Assembly: GCA_964415615.1 (NCBI GenBank)
Contig: CAYQAW010000003.1
Span: 30,788 to 94,787 of the forward strand
Origin: an uncultured Gammaproteobacteria bacterium
GTDB taxonomy: Bacteria > Patescibacteriota > Microgenomatia > Daviesbacterales > UBA10151
Direction of reading: 5' to 3'
Length of the DNA stretch: 64,000 nt
The first letter of the stretch is position 1; every line of letters starts with the position of its first letter. This document shows positions 1 to 9,554 of the stretch, one piece after another. The position numbers were made by a program, and so were the translations under genes. The notes under the pieces are model-generated. The model made no database searches. It saw only the letters and a list, made by a program, of their open reading frames with translations, and had not been told where the DNA came from.

Positions 1-980
1 AAAAAGAAGGCATTAAAGCTCACAGCGCTACAGAAATAGAAGGGTTTTTGGTAGAGGGAATTGGTGCAGAACAAAATTATGACGAAGATATAGGTTTTAA
101 GTTAATTTCTACAGGCGGATATTATCATTCTTTGCCGTTGGATAGATTGAGAAGGTTTATTGATGCAGCAGCAGAAGCCCAAAGAGCATTGGGTTTTGGT
201 AATGAAAAAGATCACCCTGAAGTTGCACCATCTCAATTTGAGTTAAACTTTGGTTATACAGAGACGGTAAGAGCTTGTGATCAAATACAGCTTTATAAAT
301 TAGTTTGCAGGCAAGTTGCCAATAATATGGGTATGACAGCAACTTTTCTGCCAAAACCAATAGCCAATATTAATGGTTCAGGTATGCATACCAACTTTTC
401 TTTAGCCAAAAATGGCAATAATATTTTTTATCAGAAAGATGGACGGGATAGTCTGTCGGATCCTGCTTGGGATTTTCTCTATAAAATATTAAATCATGCT
501 CCGGAAGTCTGTTTAATACTAAATTCTTCAGTAAATGCCTACAGAAGATTAGATCCCCATTTTGAAGCTCCGAATCAGATTAAAGTTTCTTCGGTTGATA
601 GAGGTTCCATGATTAGAATTCCTGCAGGAAATGAGAAAACAGCCAGGATTGAAATTAGATCTGTAGCACCTGATGCAAATCCTTATCTGGCTCTTTACAC
701 AGTTCTAAGAACTGGGTTGGAAGGTAAGAAATTAAGCCGTTCTAAAGACAAGAGAGACAGGCTAAGATTTTTACCAGGAAATTTATATGATGCGATTAGG
801 CTATTTAAAACAAGTGATTTTATGGGAAAAATTCTGGGTGAAGAAAATAAACAAAAATATATATCCTTTAAAGAAGCAATTGCAGATAGAAGTCCTAAGG
901 AGTTGGGAAGTAAAGTCAAGACATCTGAAATTATTTATCACCATGAAGTTACCAATCAAGTACTGTGGAATAATTTTTGA
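1..980 (+). CDS. glnA: Glutamine synthetase, catalytic domain. 5'-partial: the reading frame is open to the window start.
   Basis: NGSGMHTNFSL and the surrounding GS catalytic-domain motifs. No stop codon in this frame back to base 3. TGA stop at 978-980. Confidence 0.85.
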   Translation, partial: KEGIKAHSATEIEGFLVEGIGAEQNYDEDIGFKLISTGGYYHSLPLDRLRRFIDAAAEAQRALGFGNEKDHPEVAPSQFELNFGYTETVRACDQIQLYKLVCRQVANNMGMTATFLPKPIANINGSGMHTNFSLAKNGNNIFYQKDGRDSLSDPAWDFLYKILNHAPEVCLILNSSVNAYRRLDPHFEAPNQIKVSSVDRGSMIRIPAGNEKTARIEIRSVAPDANPYLALYTVLRTGLEGKKLSRSKDKRDRLRFLPGNLYDAIRLFKTSDFMGKILGEENKQKYISFKEAIADRSPKELGSKVKTSEIIYHHEVTNQVLWNNF

Positions 981-1068
981 GCGTAGCGAAAAAATATACT
1001 TTTACCCTTGGCAAAAGACTGTTTTTTCTTCAAAAAATAGTCCTACGGTTTATTTTTGAACCAGAATA

Positions 1069-1190
1069 CCCCGTCAGCCCTTCGGGTCTGAGCCTCAGGG
1101 TCGAAGACTTGCTGCGGGGATGAATGGTTCGAAAAGAACTTGTCCCGTTTGCGGGATACCCCGCTGCTTGCAGCGGGGAGGGGTTCATTT
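1069..1190. other. GC-rich (~62% GC) structured intergenic element between convergent genes. Candidate small ncRNA or complex terminator.
   Basis: Counted 73/118 G+C in a ~33% GC genome. Multiple perfect hairpins: GTTC-GAAAA-GAAC, CCCG-TTTG-CGGG, CCCCGCTG-CTTG-CAGCGGGG. The octamer ATACCCCG is repeated. Confidence 0.4.
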
Positions 1191-1192
1191 TT
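1159..1192 (+). terminator. Possible intrinsic terminator: 8-bp GC stem with a tetraloop, followed 9 nt later by TTTTT.
   Basis: CCCCGCTG CTTG CAGCGGGG then AGGGGTTCATTTTT. The spacer before the T-run is longer than canonical, so this is weak. Confidence 0.3.
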
Positions 1193-2663
1193 AATCTGTA
1201 TAACCAAGCATAGGGTCTGTTAAATTAGTGTTAGGTGTTTGGCAGCTTTTTTGTATGCTTTCCTTTGATGGTATATTAACTGGAGGGGTGACTGCAATAT
1301 GACCAAATTTTTGTTTAGTTTTATCTGGAGAGAATTCCTCTGGAATAAATATATTGTATACAGGTACTTCCAGAGATGGATGAATTAAATGTATATTGTT
1401 GATATAAAATAGATACCTAAATCCGGTGTTTTCTCCAAGAGTAGTAATGTAGCTTATTCCTGCACAAGGATACCCTTTTTCTTTCATATCTTTATTAATG
1501 TAAGCTACCAGTGCTTTTTTTTCTAAATAGCCTTTATTGTAATAACTTTGGTTTATCATAAAATAACCATTTTTGATCACAATAAGTCCCAGTGCTGATA
1601 TTATTAATAATTTTCCTGCTTTAGAATGGTTATATACTAGATAAAATAGTAAGGAAACAATAATCAAAAATATGAGACTTATATTTGCAAAATAATATTC
1701 TGAAATAGGAGAGGAAGATAAAGAAAAGAAAGCAATGACTCCTGCAACCCAAAGATAGAGAGTAATTAATTCTTTTGAAGATAAGATTTTTTTCTTAGTT
1801 AAAATAAGCGCGGATGAAAGTATTAATAGTATAAAGACAAAATTACTGGTTAACTTAAATGATTGTGGCATAAAAAATAAATTATTAATATTTTTAGTAA
1901 TCATTTCCGTTACTAATTGAAGTTTATAAAAACCAGTTGGGACACCGCTCTTTGTAGTAAAGTTATGAATTAAACTAAAAGTTTGTTGAAAATTATGTCT
2001 TGCCTCAAAAATAAATAGAGGAAGTGAGGTAACGAAAAACGCTGTTAGAAAAATAAAAAATTGTTTTTTGGTAGGTAATTTTTTTGCAGAAAATATGACA
2101 GCCGGTACTGCAATGAGGGTTGGTATGAGAGCAATGTGAACATGCCAGATTAAGCCGATTAATATTCCCAAAATAGGGAGTACTCTTAAATTGCCTCGGG
2201 CAAATTGTAAAACTGTATAAAAATACCAAATAACCCAAAGATTTGTCGTTATAGTAGGCACTACCCATCGATCAGCGTTTACAGTCGAAAGTAAAATTGC
2301 GTAAAGACAAGTGGCTATCAGTCCAACTTGAGCGTTGAATAATTTCGACAATACAAAATATAAACTCAACATTGTTGAAAAGCTAATTATTATTGCCAGA
2401 AATATTGCTCCAACAGGATCCATTTGAGTTAATAGGAAAAAAGGAATCAATAGATAATAAAATAAAGGACCGATGAAAATACCTGGAGCAGAAGTTAGTT
2501 GGCCAATCAAACGGAAGTGGTGATTTACAACAATATCTTTGACAATCCAAGAATACAAGTCTGCGTCGTGGGCAAATTCAAATCTTTCAACAACTTGGTA
2601 AGTGCGGAAGAATAATCCGATTAGTAAAATCAGAACCAGAATTAAAAAGTGCAATTTACGCAT
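1191..2663 (-). CDS. Polytopic membrane protein with a GT-C-fold glycosyltransferase-like domain (family D: HxD...D...RLIG..TS.PG.F.GPLFYY).
   Basis: ~12 predicted hydrophobic helices. N-terminal motif FAHDADLY...RLIGQLTSAPGIFIGPLFYYLL is shared with the ORFs at 4360, 6554, 8037 and the C-terminal half of 24948. Confidence 0.55.
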   Translation of the reverse strand: MRKLHFLILVLILLIGLFFRTYQVVERFEFAHDADLYSWIVKDIVVNHHFRLIGQLTSAPGIFIGPLFYYLLIPFFLLTQMDPVGAIFLAIIISFSTMLSLYFVLSKLFNAQVGLIATCLYAILLSTVNADRWVVPTITTNLWVIWYFYTVLQFARGNLRVLPILGILIGLIWHVHIALIPTLIAVPAVIFSAKKLPTKKQFFIFLTAFFVTSLPLFIFEARHNFQQTFSLIHNFTTKSGVPTGFYKLQLVTEMITKNINNLFFMPQSFKLTSNFVFILLILSSALILTKKKILSSKELITLYLWVAGVIAFFSLSSSPISEYYFANISLIFLIIVSLLFYLVYNHSKAGKLLIISALGLIVIKNGYFMINQSYYNKGYLEKKALVAYINKDMKEKGYPCAGISYITTLGENTGFRYLFYINNIHLIHPSLEVPVYNIFIPEEFSPDKTKQKFGHIAVTPPVNIPSKESIQKSCQTPNTNLTDPMLGYTD

Positions 2664-2687
2664 CTAAATGATAGTATCAGTTGAGCT

Positions 2688-3431
2688 ATGTTAGTTCAAG
2701 CAATTAAAACCAGAAAATTTTTGCCACCCAAGGATGATTTATGGGACCTTTTATCTGCAATAAAAACTCTAAAAGAAAATTCTATAGTGGCAGTGACTGC
2801 TAAGGTAGTATCAATCGGAGAAGGTAGATGTATTTCTTCTTTAAAAACTACCAAAGATGAACTTGCCATGAAAGAAGCTGATAAATATATTCCCAGAGAA
2901 TTATCCCCTGGGGGACATATCTTGCATACAATTAGAAATAATATGCTGGTTGCTTCATCTGGTGTTGATGAAAGCAATGGAGCTCACTTTTTTGTTTTGT
3001 GGCCAAAAGATCCTCAAGAGTCAGCTAAAAAAATTTGGGACTTTCTAAGAAAAAAATTTGAAATTCAAAATTTAGGAGTAATCATAACTGATTCTAGACT
3101 AATTCCATTAAGACGTGGAGTTGTGGGAATTGCCATAGGGTTTTACGGATTTAAACCGTTGAGGGATTATAGAGGAAAAAAGGATATTTTTGGAAGAGTT
3201 TTTGAAATGGAAACATCAGATATTCCTGATTCGCTGGCTTCAGCAGCAGTTTTAGAAATGGGGGAAGGAGCAGAACAGCAGCCAATTGCTGTGATTACTG
3301 GTGTTGCTTATATAGAATTTAGTTCTAATAATTTAAGTGAAGATCTTAATATTTCTGAGAAAGAAGATATGTTTTATCCACTACTGTCTTCAGTTAAATG
3401 GCTTAAGGGTGGGAGCGGTAAAAATCAATAG
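2688..3431 (+). CDS. CofE-like gamma-glutamyl ligase family protein (F420-0:gamma-glutamyl ligase-like).
   Basis: Overall similarity to CofE/FbiB N-terminal-domain family proteins (e.g. ITDSRLIPLRRGVVGIAIGFYG). Confidence 0.6.
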   Translation: MLVQAIKTRKFLPPKDDLWDLLSAIKTLKENSIVAVTAKVVSIGEGRCISSLKTTKDELAMKEADKYIPRELSPGGHILHTIRNNMLVASSGVDESNGAHFFVLWPKDPQESAKKIWDFLRKKFEIQNLGVIITDSRLIPLRRGVVGIAIGFYGFKPLRDYRGKKDIFGRVFEMETSDIPDSLASAAVLEMGEGAEQQPIAVITGVAYIEFSSNNLSEDLNISEKEDMFYPLLSSVKWLKGGSGKNQ

Positions 3432-4329
3432 TTTTCCGTAAACCTTCGTCCAAATCTACTTCTGCTTTCCAGCCTAATTCTTTTTTAATTTTCTCGGCTG
3501 ATGCTACCAAAGAAGGTACATCTCCTTTTCTTTCACCCTTGTCATCTATAGGAACTTCGTATCCAACAATTTGGAAAATTTTCTTGACTACATCAATTAC
3601 TTTTATACCTGTCTGTGTTCCTACATTATATATATGTAAACCCGTAAGAGGTAATGAAAGAGCATGGGCCTGAGCCAAATCATCAATGTAAATGAAATCT
3701 CTGATTTGTTCCCCTCTCCAATAAAGAGGAATAGGCTTTTTTTCCAGAGTTGCTTTTATCAGGTTTGGTATAGCATGAGTTTCCGGATTATGTTCTTCGC
3801 CTGGACCATATGGATTAAAATAACGCAGAATAGTTACATCAAAACCAAATAAGTTATGGTAGAGTTTACAAAATTGCTCCATGGTGACTTTGGTTATTCC
3901 GTAGGGATTTTCTTGTTCACCCAGTTGATCTGCTTCTGTAAGAGGTAACTTATTTGGGATACCATACACACAAGCACTTGAAGAAAAAATCATTTTTTTG
4001 ATTCCAGTAACTTGCATTGCCTCTAAAAGTTTGACTGTTCCTACTATATTATTTTCTGTAAACTCCACAGGTTTTTTGACTGACTCACCTACTTCTATAA
4101 AAGAAGCCATATGTATGACAGCATCATGTCCAGGTAAAATTTCTTCCAGTTGTTTTTGATTACCTAAACTAATTTGGTGAAAGATTGATCTTGGGTCTAG
4201 TGAATTTTGATGGCCTTTTGATAGATCATCAACAACAGAGACTTGATGACCTTGATCTAAAAGCAGTCTTTGAACATGGCTGCCTATAAAACCAGCTCCA
4301 CCAGTGAGTAATACCTTCATGCAATTCAT
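3403..4329 (-). CDS. galE: NAD-dependent epimerase, UDP-glucose 4-epimerase-like.
   Basis: N-terminal Rossmann motif VLLTGGAGFIGSH and the overall SDR-extended epimerase pattern. 3' end overlaps the convergent CDS at 2688 by 29 bp. Confidence 0.75.
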   Translation of the reverse strand: MNCMKVLLTGGAGFIGSHVQRLLLDQGHQVSVVDDLSKGHQNSLDPRSIFHQISLGNQKQLEEILPGHDAVIHMASFIEVGESVKKPVEFTENNIVGTVKLLEAMQVTGIKKMIFSSSACVYGIPNKLPLTEADQLGEQENPYGITKVTMEQFCKLYHNLFGFDVTILRYFNPYGPGEEHNPETHAIPNLIKATLEKKPIPLYWRGEQIRDFIYIDDLAQAHALSLPLTGLHIYNVGTQTGIKVIDVVKKIFQIVGYEVPIDDKGERKGDVPSLVASAEKIKKELGWKAEVDLDEGLRKTIDFYRSHP

Positions 4330-4359
4330 TTTAACATATATGTAGGATATAATCGGAAC

Positions 4360-5907
4360 ATGTTTAATAAAAGAAATCTCATTGTTCTATTGACTCTTAT
4401 ATTAATCTTTGTGTTTGGTTTTTGGTTAAGATATAGAAATATTGCTGATTACAACTTAATCTTTGATTATGATCAAATTGAAGATCAGTTCTATACATAC
4501 AGCCTAGTTGTAGATAGAAATTTGTTAATTATTGGACGAGCAATATATGGTGACCCCCATCTTCATCATGGAGTATTTTATTACTACTATAATTTTATCC
4601 CTTTTTTACTCTCCTCGGGAAATTTCATGGTCAGCACTTATTGGAATATTTTTTTTAATGCAACAACGGCTATTATTCTTTTTATTTTTGCTAGATTAAT
4701 GTTTAAGAAAAACTTACCAGGTTTTATAGCTGCAGTAATTGCTGCTTCATCGTTTGAGTTTATCAAATTTTCAAATTGGTTGACAATCGATACGGTAGCA
4801 ATTTTTTTAGTCCCCCTTTTTTTTCTTGGTTTATGGAGCTATTTTCAAGACAGAAAATGGGGTTTGATATTGTCTCTGATAAGTTTAGGATTGGCTATTC
4901 AAACTGATTTATCTTTTTTATATTTGATACCGATTATTTTAATCTATTGGTTTATTTTTAGACCAAGGATTCCTTCCTTTCAATTAGCTCTTTTTTCAGT
5001 TCTGGCTTTTACCGCTGTAACTTTTACTTTAATACTTACAGAAATAAAGTTAAATTTTGCCGGAGTAAAAACATTAATTAATTTTTCTAATGTTTTTGAA
5101 GAAGCGCATCTAACTTATATAGAAAGAGTAAATTTTTTCTTTAAGGACTTTATCAAAGATTTTACAAATAATCTATTTCCACAAAAACCAGAACTCGGCA
5201 TCTTTTTGACAGGAAGCATTATTTTAGTTATCCTTTACTACTTGTTTTCTAAAAAAACTACAAAATTAGAAAGACAAAGCATTTATTTCTTGCTATTGTA
5301 TTTGTTCGCCCCGGCCATTACTTTGCTGACTGGATATCATAATAAACCATGGTTTTTAATCGGTTTACCGCCCGCTATAGCTTTGATTATCGGATATGCT
5401 ATTTCAAAATTTAACCTACTTATAGTAATACCAATAGTATTTTTAATAATGGGGAATAGCGTCAGTATGATATTACAGAGACCTAATGAGTCGTATAAAC
5501 TATTTGATAATATTTATGATTCAACATCTTATCTAAAATATCAATTACAAGTTGTTGATTATACCTATAAGGAGTCTCAAGGTCGCCCATTTTCTATAAA
5601 TGCAGTGACCTACCCACTTTATTATAATGGCTTATGGGCGTATCTTTATTACTGGTACGGTAAAGGGAAATATAAATATTTACCCGACTGGTTGGGTGGG
5701 GATCAATTGCATCCTTACAATTTATTAACAAAATCGCAGGAAGATGAGCAAATCTTTTATATGATTATTAGTGATACTTCAAGAATACCAGATGTGTATA
5801 AAAATCAAGGAAAAGTCTGGGCTGTGGAACACGGAAGATTAATCGAAGAAAAAAAATTTAATGGATTTACAATATTAAAAATGGAAAGAAAAAATGAATC
5901 AATCTGA
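4360..5907 (+). CDS. Polytopic membrane protein, GT-C-like (family D-related).
   Basis: Many TM helices. The YDQIEDQFY...LLIIGRAIYGDPHLHHGVFYYYYN motif and the C-terminal YxxxxG.PFSI...WAYLYYWYG motif are shared with the ORFs at 6554 and 8037. Confidence 0.5.
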   Translation: MFNKRNLIVLLTLILIFVFGFWLRYRNIADYNLIFDYDQIEDQFYTYSLVVDRNLLIIGRAIYGDPHLHHGVFYYYYNFIPFLLSSGNFMVSTYWNIFFNATTAIILFIFARLMFKKNLPGFIAAVIAASSFEFIKFSNWLTIDTVAIFLVPLFFLGLWSYFQDRKWGLILSLISLGLAIQTDLSFLYLIPIILIYWFIFRPRIPSFQLALFSVLAFTAVTFTLILTEIKLNFAGVKTLINFSNVFEEAHLTYIERVNFFFKDFIKDFTNNLFPQKPELGIFLTGSIILVILYYLFSKKTTKLERQSIYFLLLYLFAPAITLLTGYHNKPWFLIGLPPAIALIIGYAISKFNLLIVIPIVFLIMGNSVSMILQRPNESYKLFDNIYDSTSYLKYQLQVVDYTYKESQGRPFSINAVTYPLYYNGLWAYLYYWYGKGKYKYLPDWLGGDQLHPYNLLTKSQEDEQIFYMIISDTSRIPDVYKNQGKVWAVEHGRLIEEKKFNGFTILKMERKNESI

Positions 5908-6550
5908 TCAGTTAAGAAACCATAAGTTATATAGAATTTGGAGTCAAGTTCCAGTTACCTATTATCAACAAGGGACAAAGAATAATTTTCTGCAAAGATT
6001 ATGGCATACTCATAAAATTAAATTTGCCAAACAAGTAATAAAGAAAATTCAATTTCAAAATTGTTTAGATGTAGGCTGTGCTAGTGGGTTTATGGTTTCA
6101 GAAATTTCCAAAACATTTCCCCATGCAAAATATTTTGGCATTGATATTTATGATAAAGCAATTGAATATGCAAGGAAAATGTATCCTAATATTAATTTTG
6201 AGAACGCCTCGGCTTCGAAGATACCTTTTAGAAGTAATTACTTTGATTTGATCTTATTCTATGAAACTATTGAACATGTTGAAAATCCAGTACAATGCTT
6301 GTTAGAGATTAAAAGAATACTAAAAAAAGACGGGACTTTAATTTTAACTATGGATTCGGGGAGTTTTCTTTTTAGAATAGTTTGGTTTATTTGGGAGAAT
6401 AGTAAAGGTAAAGTTTGGAAGAAAGCGCATCTGCATCCCTTTCATCATAAAGAGCTGGAAGAAATTATTATGGAATCCGGTTTTAAGATAAAAAGCAAAA
6501 CCTTATCTTTTCTTGGGATGGAAGTAACATTTGTATTAAATAAGAACTAG
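5894..6550 (+). CDS. Class I SAM-dependent methyltransferase (Methyltransf_11/25-like).
   Basis: SAM-binding motif I LDVGCASGF. Post I and motif II spacing is typical of small-molecule or sugar O-methyltransferases. Confidence 0.75.
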   Translation: MNQSDQLRNHKLYRIWSQVPVTYYQQGTKNNFLQRLWHTHKIKFAKQVIKKIQFQNCLDVGCASGFMVSEISKTFPHAKYFGIDIYDKAIEYARKMYPNINFENASASKIPFRSNYFDLILFYETIEHVENPVQCLLEIKRILKKDGTLILTMDSGSFLFRIVWFIWENSKGKVWKKAHLHPFHHKELEEIIMESGFKIKSKTLSFLGMEVTFVLNKN

Positions 6551-6553
6551 TAT

Positions 6554-8044
6554 ATGTTAAAAATTGTAATATTGCTAATATTTTTTTCTTTCTTTTTGAG
6601 GATACTTTTTATTTATCAAGGATCAGTTTCATTTCATTATGATATGGCGAGGGATGCTTTTGCAGCGCAGCAGATTTGGAAAGAAGGACACTTAAAGATA
6701 TTAGGACCGCCTACTTCAACTCCTGGTCTTTTTCACGGTGTTTTATATTATTATTTGATTGCTCCTTTTTATCTATTGGGTCAGGGAGATCCTAGGGTGG
6801 TAGCAATTTTTCTCTCCTTTCTTAATTCCCTTACTGTTATTCCAGTCATGCTTTTGGCAAAAGACTTATTGAAAAGTAAAAAATGGGCTATTTTGGGAGG
6901 TTTTCTTTTTGCTGTATCATTTGAGTCAACACAATACGGGTCTTGGATTTCTAATCCAGCTCCAGCCCTGCTGACTGTTGCGTTATTTTTTCTGTGTTTA
7001 AGGAGTTGGCAAAAAGGAAATAAATCAGGATTATATTTAGCAGTATTATCAGCAGCGCTGTCTGCCCAATTTCAGTTTTTCTTAATATATTTATTTCTTT
7101 TGATTCCTTTGTTTGGAATTATTTTTGGACTTAAAGTTTCTTCTAAATCAGTTGTAATATCTTTTCTGATTACTGTATTTGGCATGGTAAATTTTTTTCT
7201 TGCTGCAATAAAATTCAATTCTGTTAAAAATATTTTTTTAGGCTTTCTAAATATTGGATCTGCAGGTCAAATTGATTTTAGGCCTCAATTTACAGATCTG
7301 TTTTTTAATTATATTAATAGATTTACAGAACTGTTTATTAATAATTTTTTTCCAACAAACGTTTTTTTAGGAGGAATTTTAGCAATTATTGTTTTGTATA
7401 TAATCAAACGGGAGCATTTGTTGCTTTTCTTTCTTTTTTCAAATTTGCCAATATTTATATTTGGAGGGCATACTAATACCTATGTAAATATCGGGCTTGT
7501 GGTTCCAGTAATCTTGTCAGTGCTGCTGTTATTACAGAATACTTGGAAAGTAAGTAAAGGATTAGTTGTGGTATTTCTTTTTTTAAGCCTAGTTTCTAAC
7601 ATGATAACGATTTTGAAATATAATCCAGATGGACAAATCATTTTAGTGATACCTAACGATATGATTTTGAAGAATGAGTTAGCATTAATAGATCAAACTT
7701 ATCAAATTGCTTCTGGTAAACCATTTTCGATAAGCACATTAACACTTCCTTTATGGACCAATACCACTTGGGCGTATTTATACTCCTGGTATGGGATGCA
7801 AAAATATGGATATGTACCAGCATTCTATGGGCACAACCAGATTGGTTTATTAGGGGTAGACTCATTGCAAAAGATAGATAAACCTCTAGAGAAAACTTTC
7901 TTTATAATAGAACCAGCAGATGGTATACCCTCTTCGTTTTATAATGAAGAATTAGATACAGAAAATAGTAAAACTAAATTAACTTCTGAAATAAGCTTTG
8001 GTTCTTTAAAACTTCAGGTGCGCGTTCCAAAAGCAAATGAGTAA
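6554..8044 (+). CDS. Polytopic membrane protein, GT-C-like (family D).
   Basis: MARDAFAAQQIWKEGHLKILGPPTSTPGLFHGVLYYYLIAPF. Paralog of the ORFs at 1191 and 8037. Confidence 0.55.
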   Translation: MLKIVILLIFFSFFLRILFIYQGSVSFHYDMARDAFAAQQIWKEGHLKILGPPTSTPGLFHGVLYYYLIAPFYLLGQGDPRVVAIFLSFLNSLTVIPVMLLAKDLLKSKKWAILGGFLFAVSFESTQYGSWISNPAPALLTVALFFLCLRSWQKGNKSGLYLAVLSAALSAQFQFFLIYLFLLIPLFGIIFGLKVSSKSVVISFLITVFGMVNFFLAAIKFNSVKNIFLGFLNIGSAGQIDFRPQFTDLFFNYINRFTELFINNFFPTNVFLGGILAIIVLYIIKREHLLLFFLFSNLPIFIFGGHTNTYVNIGLVVPVILSVLLLLQNTWKVSKGLVVVFLFLSLVSNMITILKYNPDGQIILVIPNDMILKNELALIDQTYQIASGKPFSISTLTLPLWTNTTWAYLYSWYGMQKYGYVPAFYGHNQIGLLGVDSLQKIDKPLEKTFFIIEPADGIPSSFYNEELDTENSKTKLTSEISFGSLKLQVRVPKANE

Positions 8045-9554
8045 AGTTTCAGTTTTGATTATTATAATTTTACTTATTGGTATTTTATATAGGTTGATCC
8101 TTACAGCAGATGGAAATTTTCTATTTAATATGGATAATGCCCGGGATATGGTGGATGTGAGAGGAATGGTTGAACTGAAAAAGCCCAGGTTAATTGGTCC
8201 TACATCAGCAATTGAAGGGTTGTTTAATGGTCCAGCCTGGTATTATTTATTAAGTTTGCCATTTATTGTTTCCGATGGAGATCCATATGCCTCAATTATT
8301 CTTGAGATTGGACTTTGGGCAATAGGTGGATTTTTTCTTCTTAAATTAGTCAGCAAGTGGGGAAGTTGGTTGGTTTTACCAATAGGTTTTATTTGGGTTG
8401 TTTCAGATTATATTGTTTTGGCAACCCGCTATGCTTTTAATCCTAATCCGGTAATTTTTCTTACACCCTTATTTCTATACCTACTGGTTGAATATTTAAA
8501 ACAAGGGAAAGTAACCTATGGAATCCTTACGTGGTTTTTAGCAGGTTTATTTTTTAATTTCGAAATGAATTTTGGTATTTTTACACCGATAATAATATTT
8601 GCAAGCATCATCTTTACAAAAAACATTAAATTATTAAAACAGAAAGTATTTTGGTTAGGTATTGCTACTTTTATTATAACTTTACTCCCCCAAGTTATTT
8701 TTGACTTAAAACACGATTTTATTATGAGCAGGGCTATTTTAAGACACCTTTCAGAAAACTCCAGCGGTTCATTCAATTTTCTAATGCGTTTTCAAAATAT
8801 CTCTGCAAGTTTTTATAATACATTCTCAGCAACTTTAATGAATCATAAATTATTCACAACAATCATTTTAGTGTTTTTTGCACCAATGATTGTTAAATTT
8901 TGGAGAGAGCAAAAAAAGGATAGTTTAGTAACTGTGAGCCTTGTTTTTATTGTTGTTCCTTTTTTAGGATATTTAATGTTGCCGGTTACTGTTAATCCCT
9001 GGCATCTGGGTGCAGAGATGACTGCCTTGTTAATATTAACAGCTTATTTATTAAAAAATCTATTAGATGGAAATCTGTTTAATAAAATTGCTTCTCTTAT
9101 GCTTTCGGTTTCAATTGTTTGGTTTATTATTTTAAATATTAGTAATTTTTTCATAAAAGAATGGAGGAAACCTAATTTGGATCCTTCGCTATATAAAAAT
9201 GAAATTGCTGCTATAGATTATGTTTACCAAAAGGCAGGGGGGCAGAATTTTAAAGTATATACTTATCTGCCTTCAGTCTATGATTACCCCTATCAATATT
9301 TAATCTGGTGGTATGGAAATAAAAAATATGGATACATTCCAGGAGAATATGCTTATGCGCCAAACAAACCGCAATATATTCCCAGTCAGGATAAGTTTCA
9401 AGGAAGAAAAGATAATCTTTCAGGACTAGTCTTTTTAATAAAAGAACCTGATAGAAATGATACCCGTTCTGGTTGGGAAGGAGATTTTGTTAAATTAAAA
9501 GGATTAGATCGTCAAATGGTAGGACCTTTGGAAATAGAAATAAGGCGGGAATAA
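8037..9554 (+). CDS. Polytopic membrane protein, GT-C-like (family D).
   Basis: MDNARDMVDVRGMVELKKPRLIGPTSAIEGLFNGPAWYYLL. C-terminal YQKAGGQNFKV...YLIWWYGNKKYGY is shared with the ORFs at 4360 and 6554. Confidence 0.55.
   Translation: MSKVSVLIIIILLIGILYRLILTADGNFLFNMDNARDMVDVRGMVELKKPRLIGPTSAIEGLFNGPAWYYLLSLPFIVSDGDPYASIILEIGLWAIGGFFLLKLVSKWGSWLVLPIGFIWVVSDYIVLATRYAFNPNPVIFLTPLFLYLLVEYLKQGKVTYGILTWFLAGLFFNFEMNFGIFTPIIIFASIIFTKNIKLLKQKVFWLGIATFIITLLPQVIFDLKHDFIMSRAILRHLSENSSGSFNFLMRFQNISASFYNTFSATLMNHKLFTTIILVFFAPMIVKFWREQKKDSLVTVSLVFIVVPFLGYLMLPVTVNPWHLGAEMTALLILTAYLLKNLLDGNLFNKIASLMLSVSIVWFIILNISNFFIKEWRKPNLDPSLYKNEIAAIDYVYQKAGGQNFKVYTYLPSVYDYPYQYLIWWYGNKKYGYIPGEYAYAPNKPQYIPSQDKFQGRKDNLSGLVFLIKEPDRNDTRSGWEGDFVKLKGLDRQMVGPLEIEIRRE

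Noticed and set aside
157-360. Small opposite-strand or nested ORFs from the six-frame track (157-360, 695-919, 787-1059, 2005-2268, 2696-2977, 3664-3852, 7653-7865, 8516-8776, 10549-10779, 12188-12376, 13515-13706, 14104-14603, 14816-15073, 16308-16520, 16610-16864, 18604-18795, 26351-26721, 27412-27780, 28183-28528, 29371-29888, 33847-34545, 36225-37667, 40840-41106, 44581-44856, 49875-50078, 52005-52226, 53184-53390, 56367-56636, 57199-57381, 58659-58859, 59840-60238, 60913-61131, 61428-61628).
   Set aside because: All lie inside, or antisense to, much longer ORFs with clear homology or membrane-protein character. They have low-complexity AT-rich-frame composition and I treated them as spurious.
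1127-1141. GGTTCGAAAAG resembles a tRNA T-arm (GGTTCGAAT), so the GC-rich element might be a tRNA.
   Set aside because: The loop is 5 nt, not 7. No acceptor stem, D-arm or anticodon arm can be drawn, and the element as a whole does not fold as a cloverleaf.
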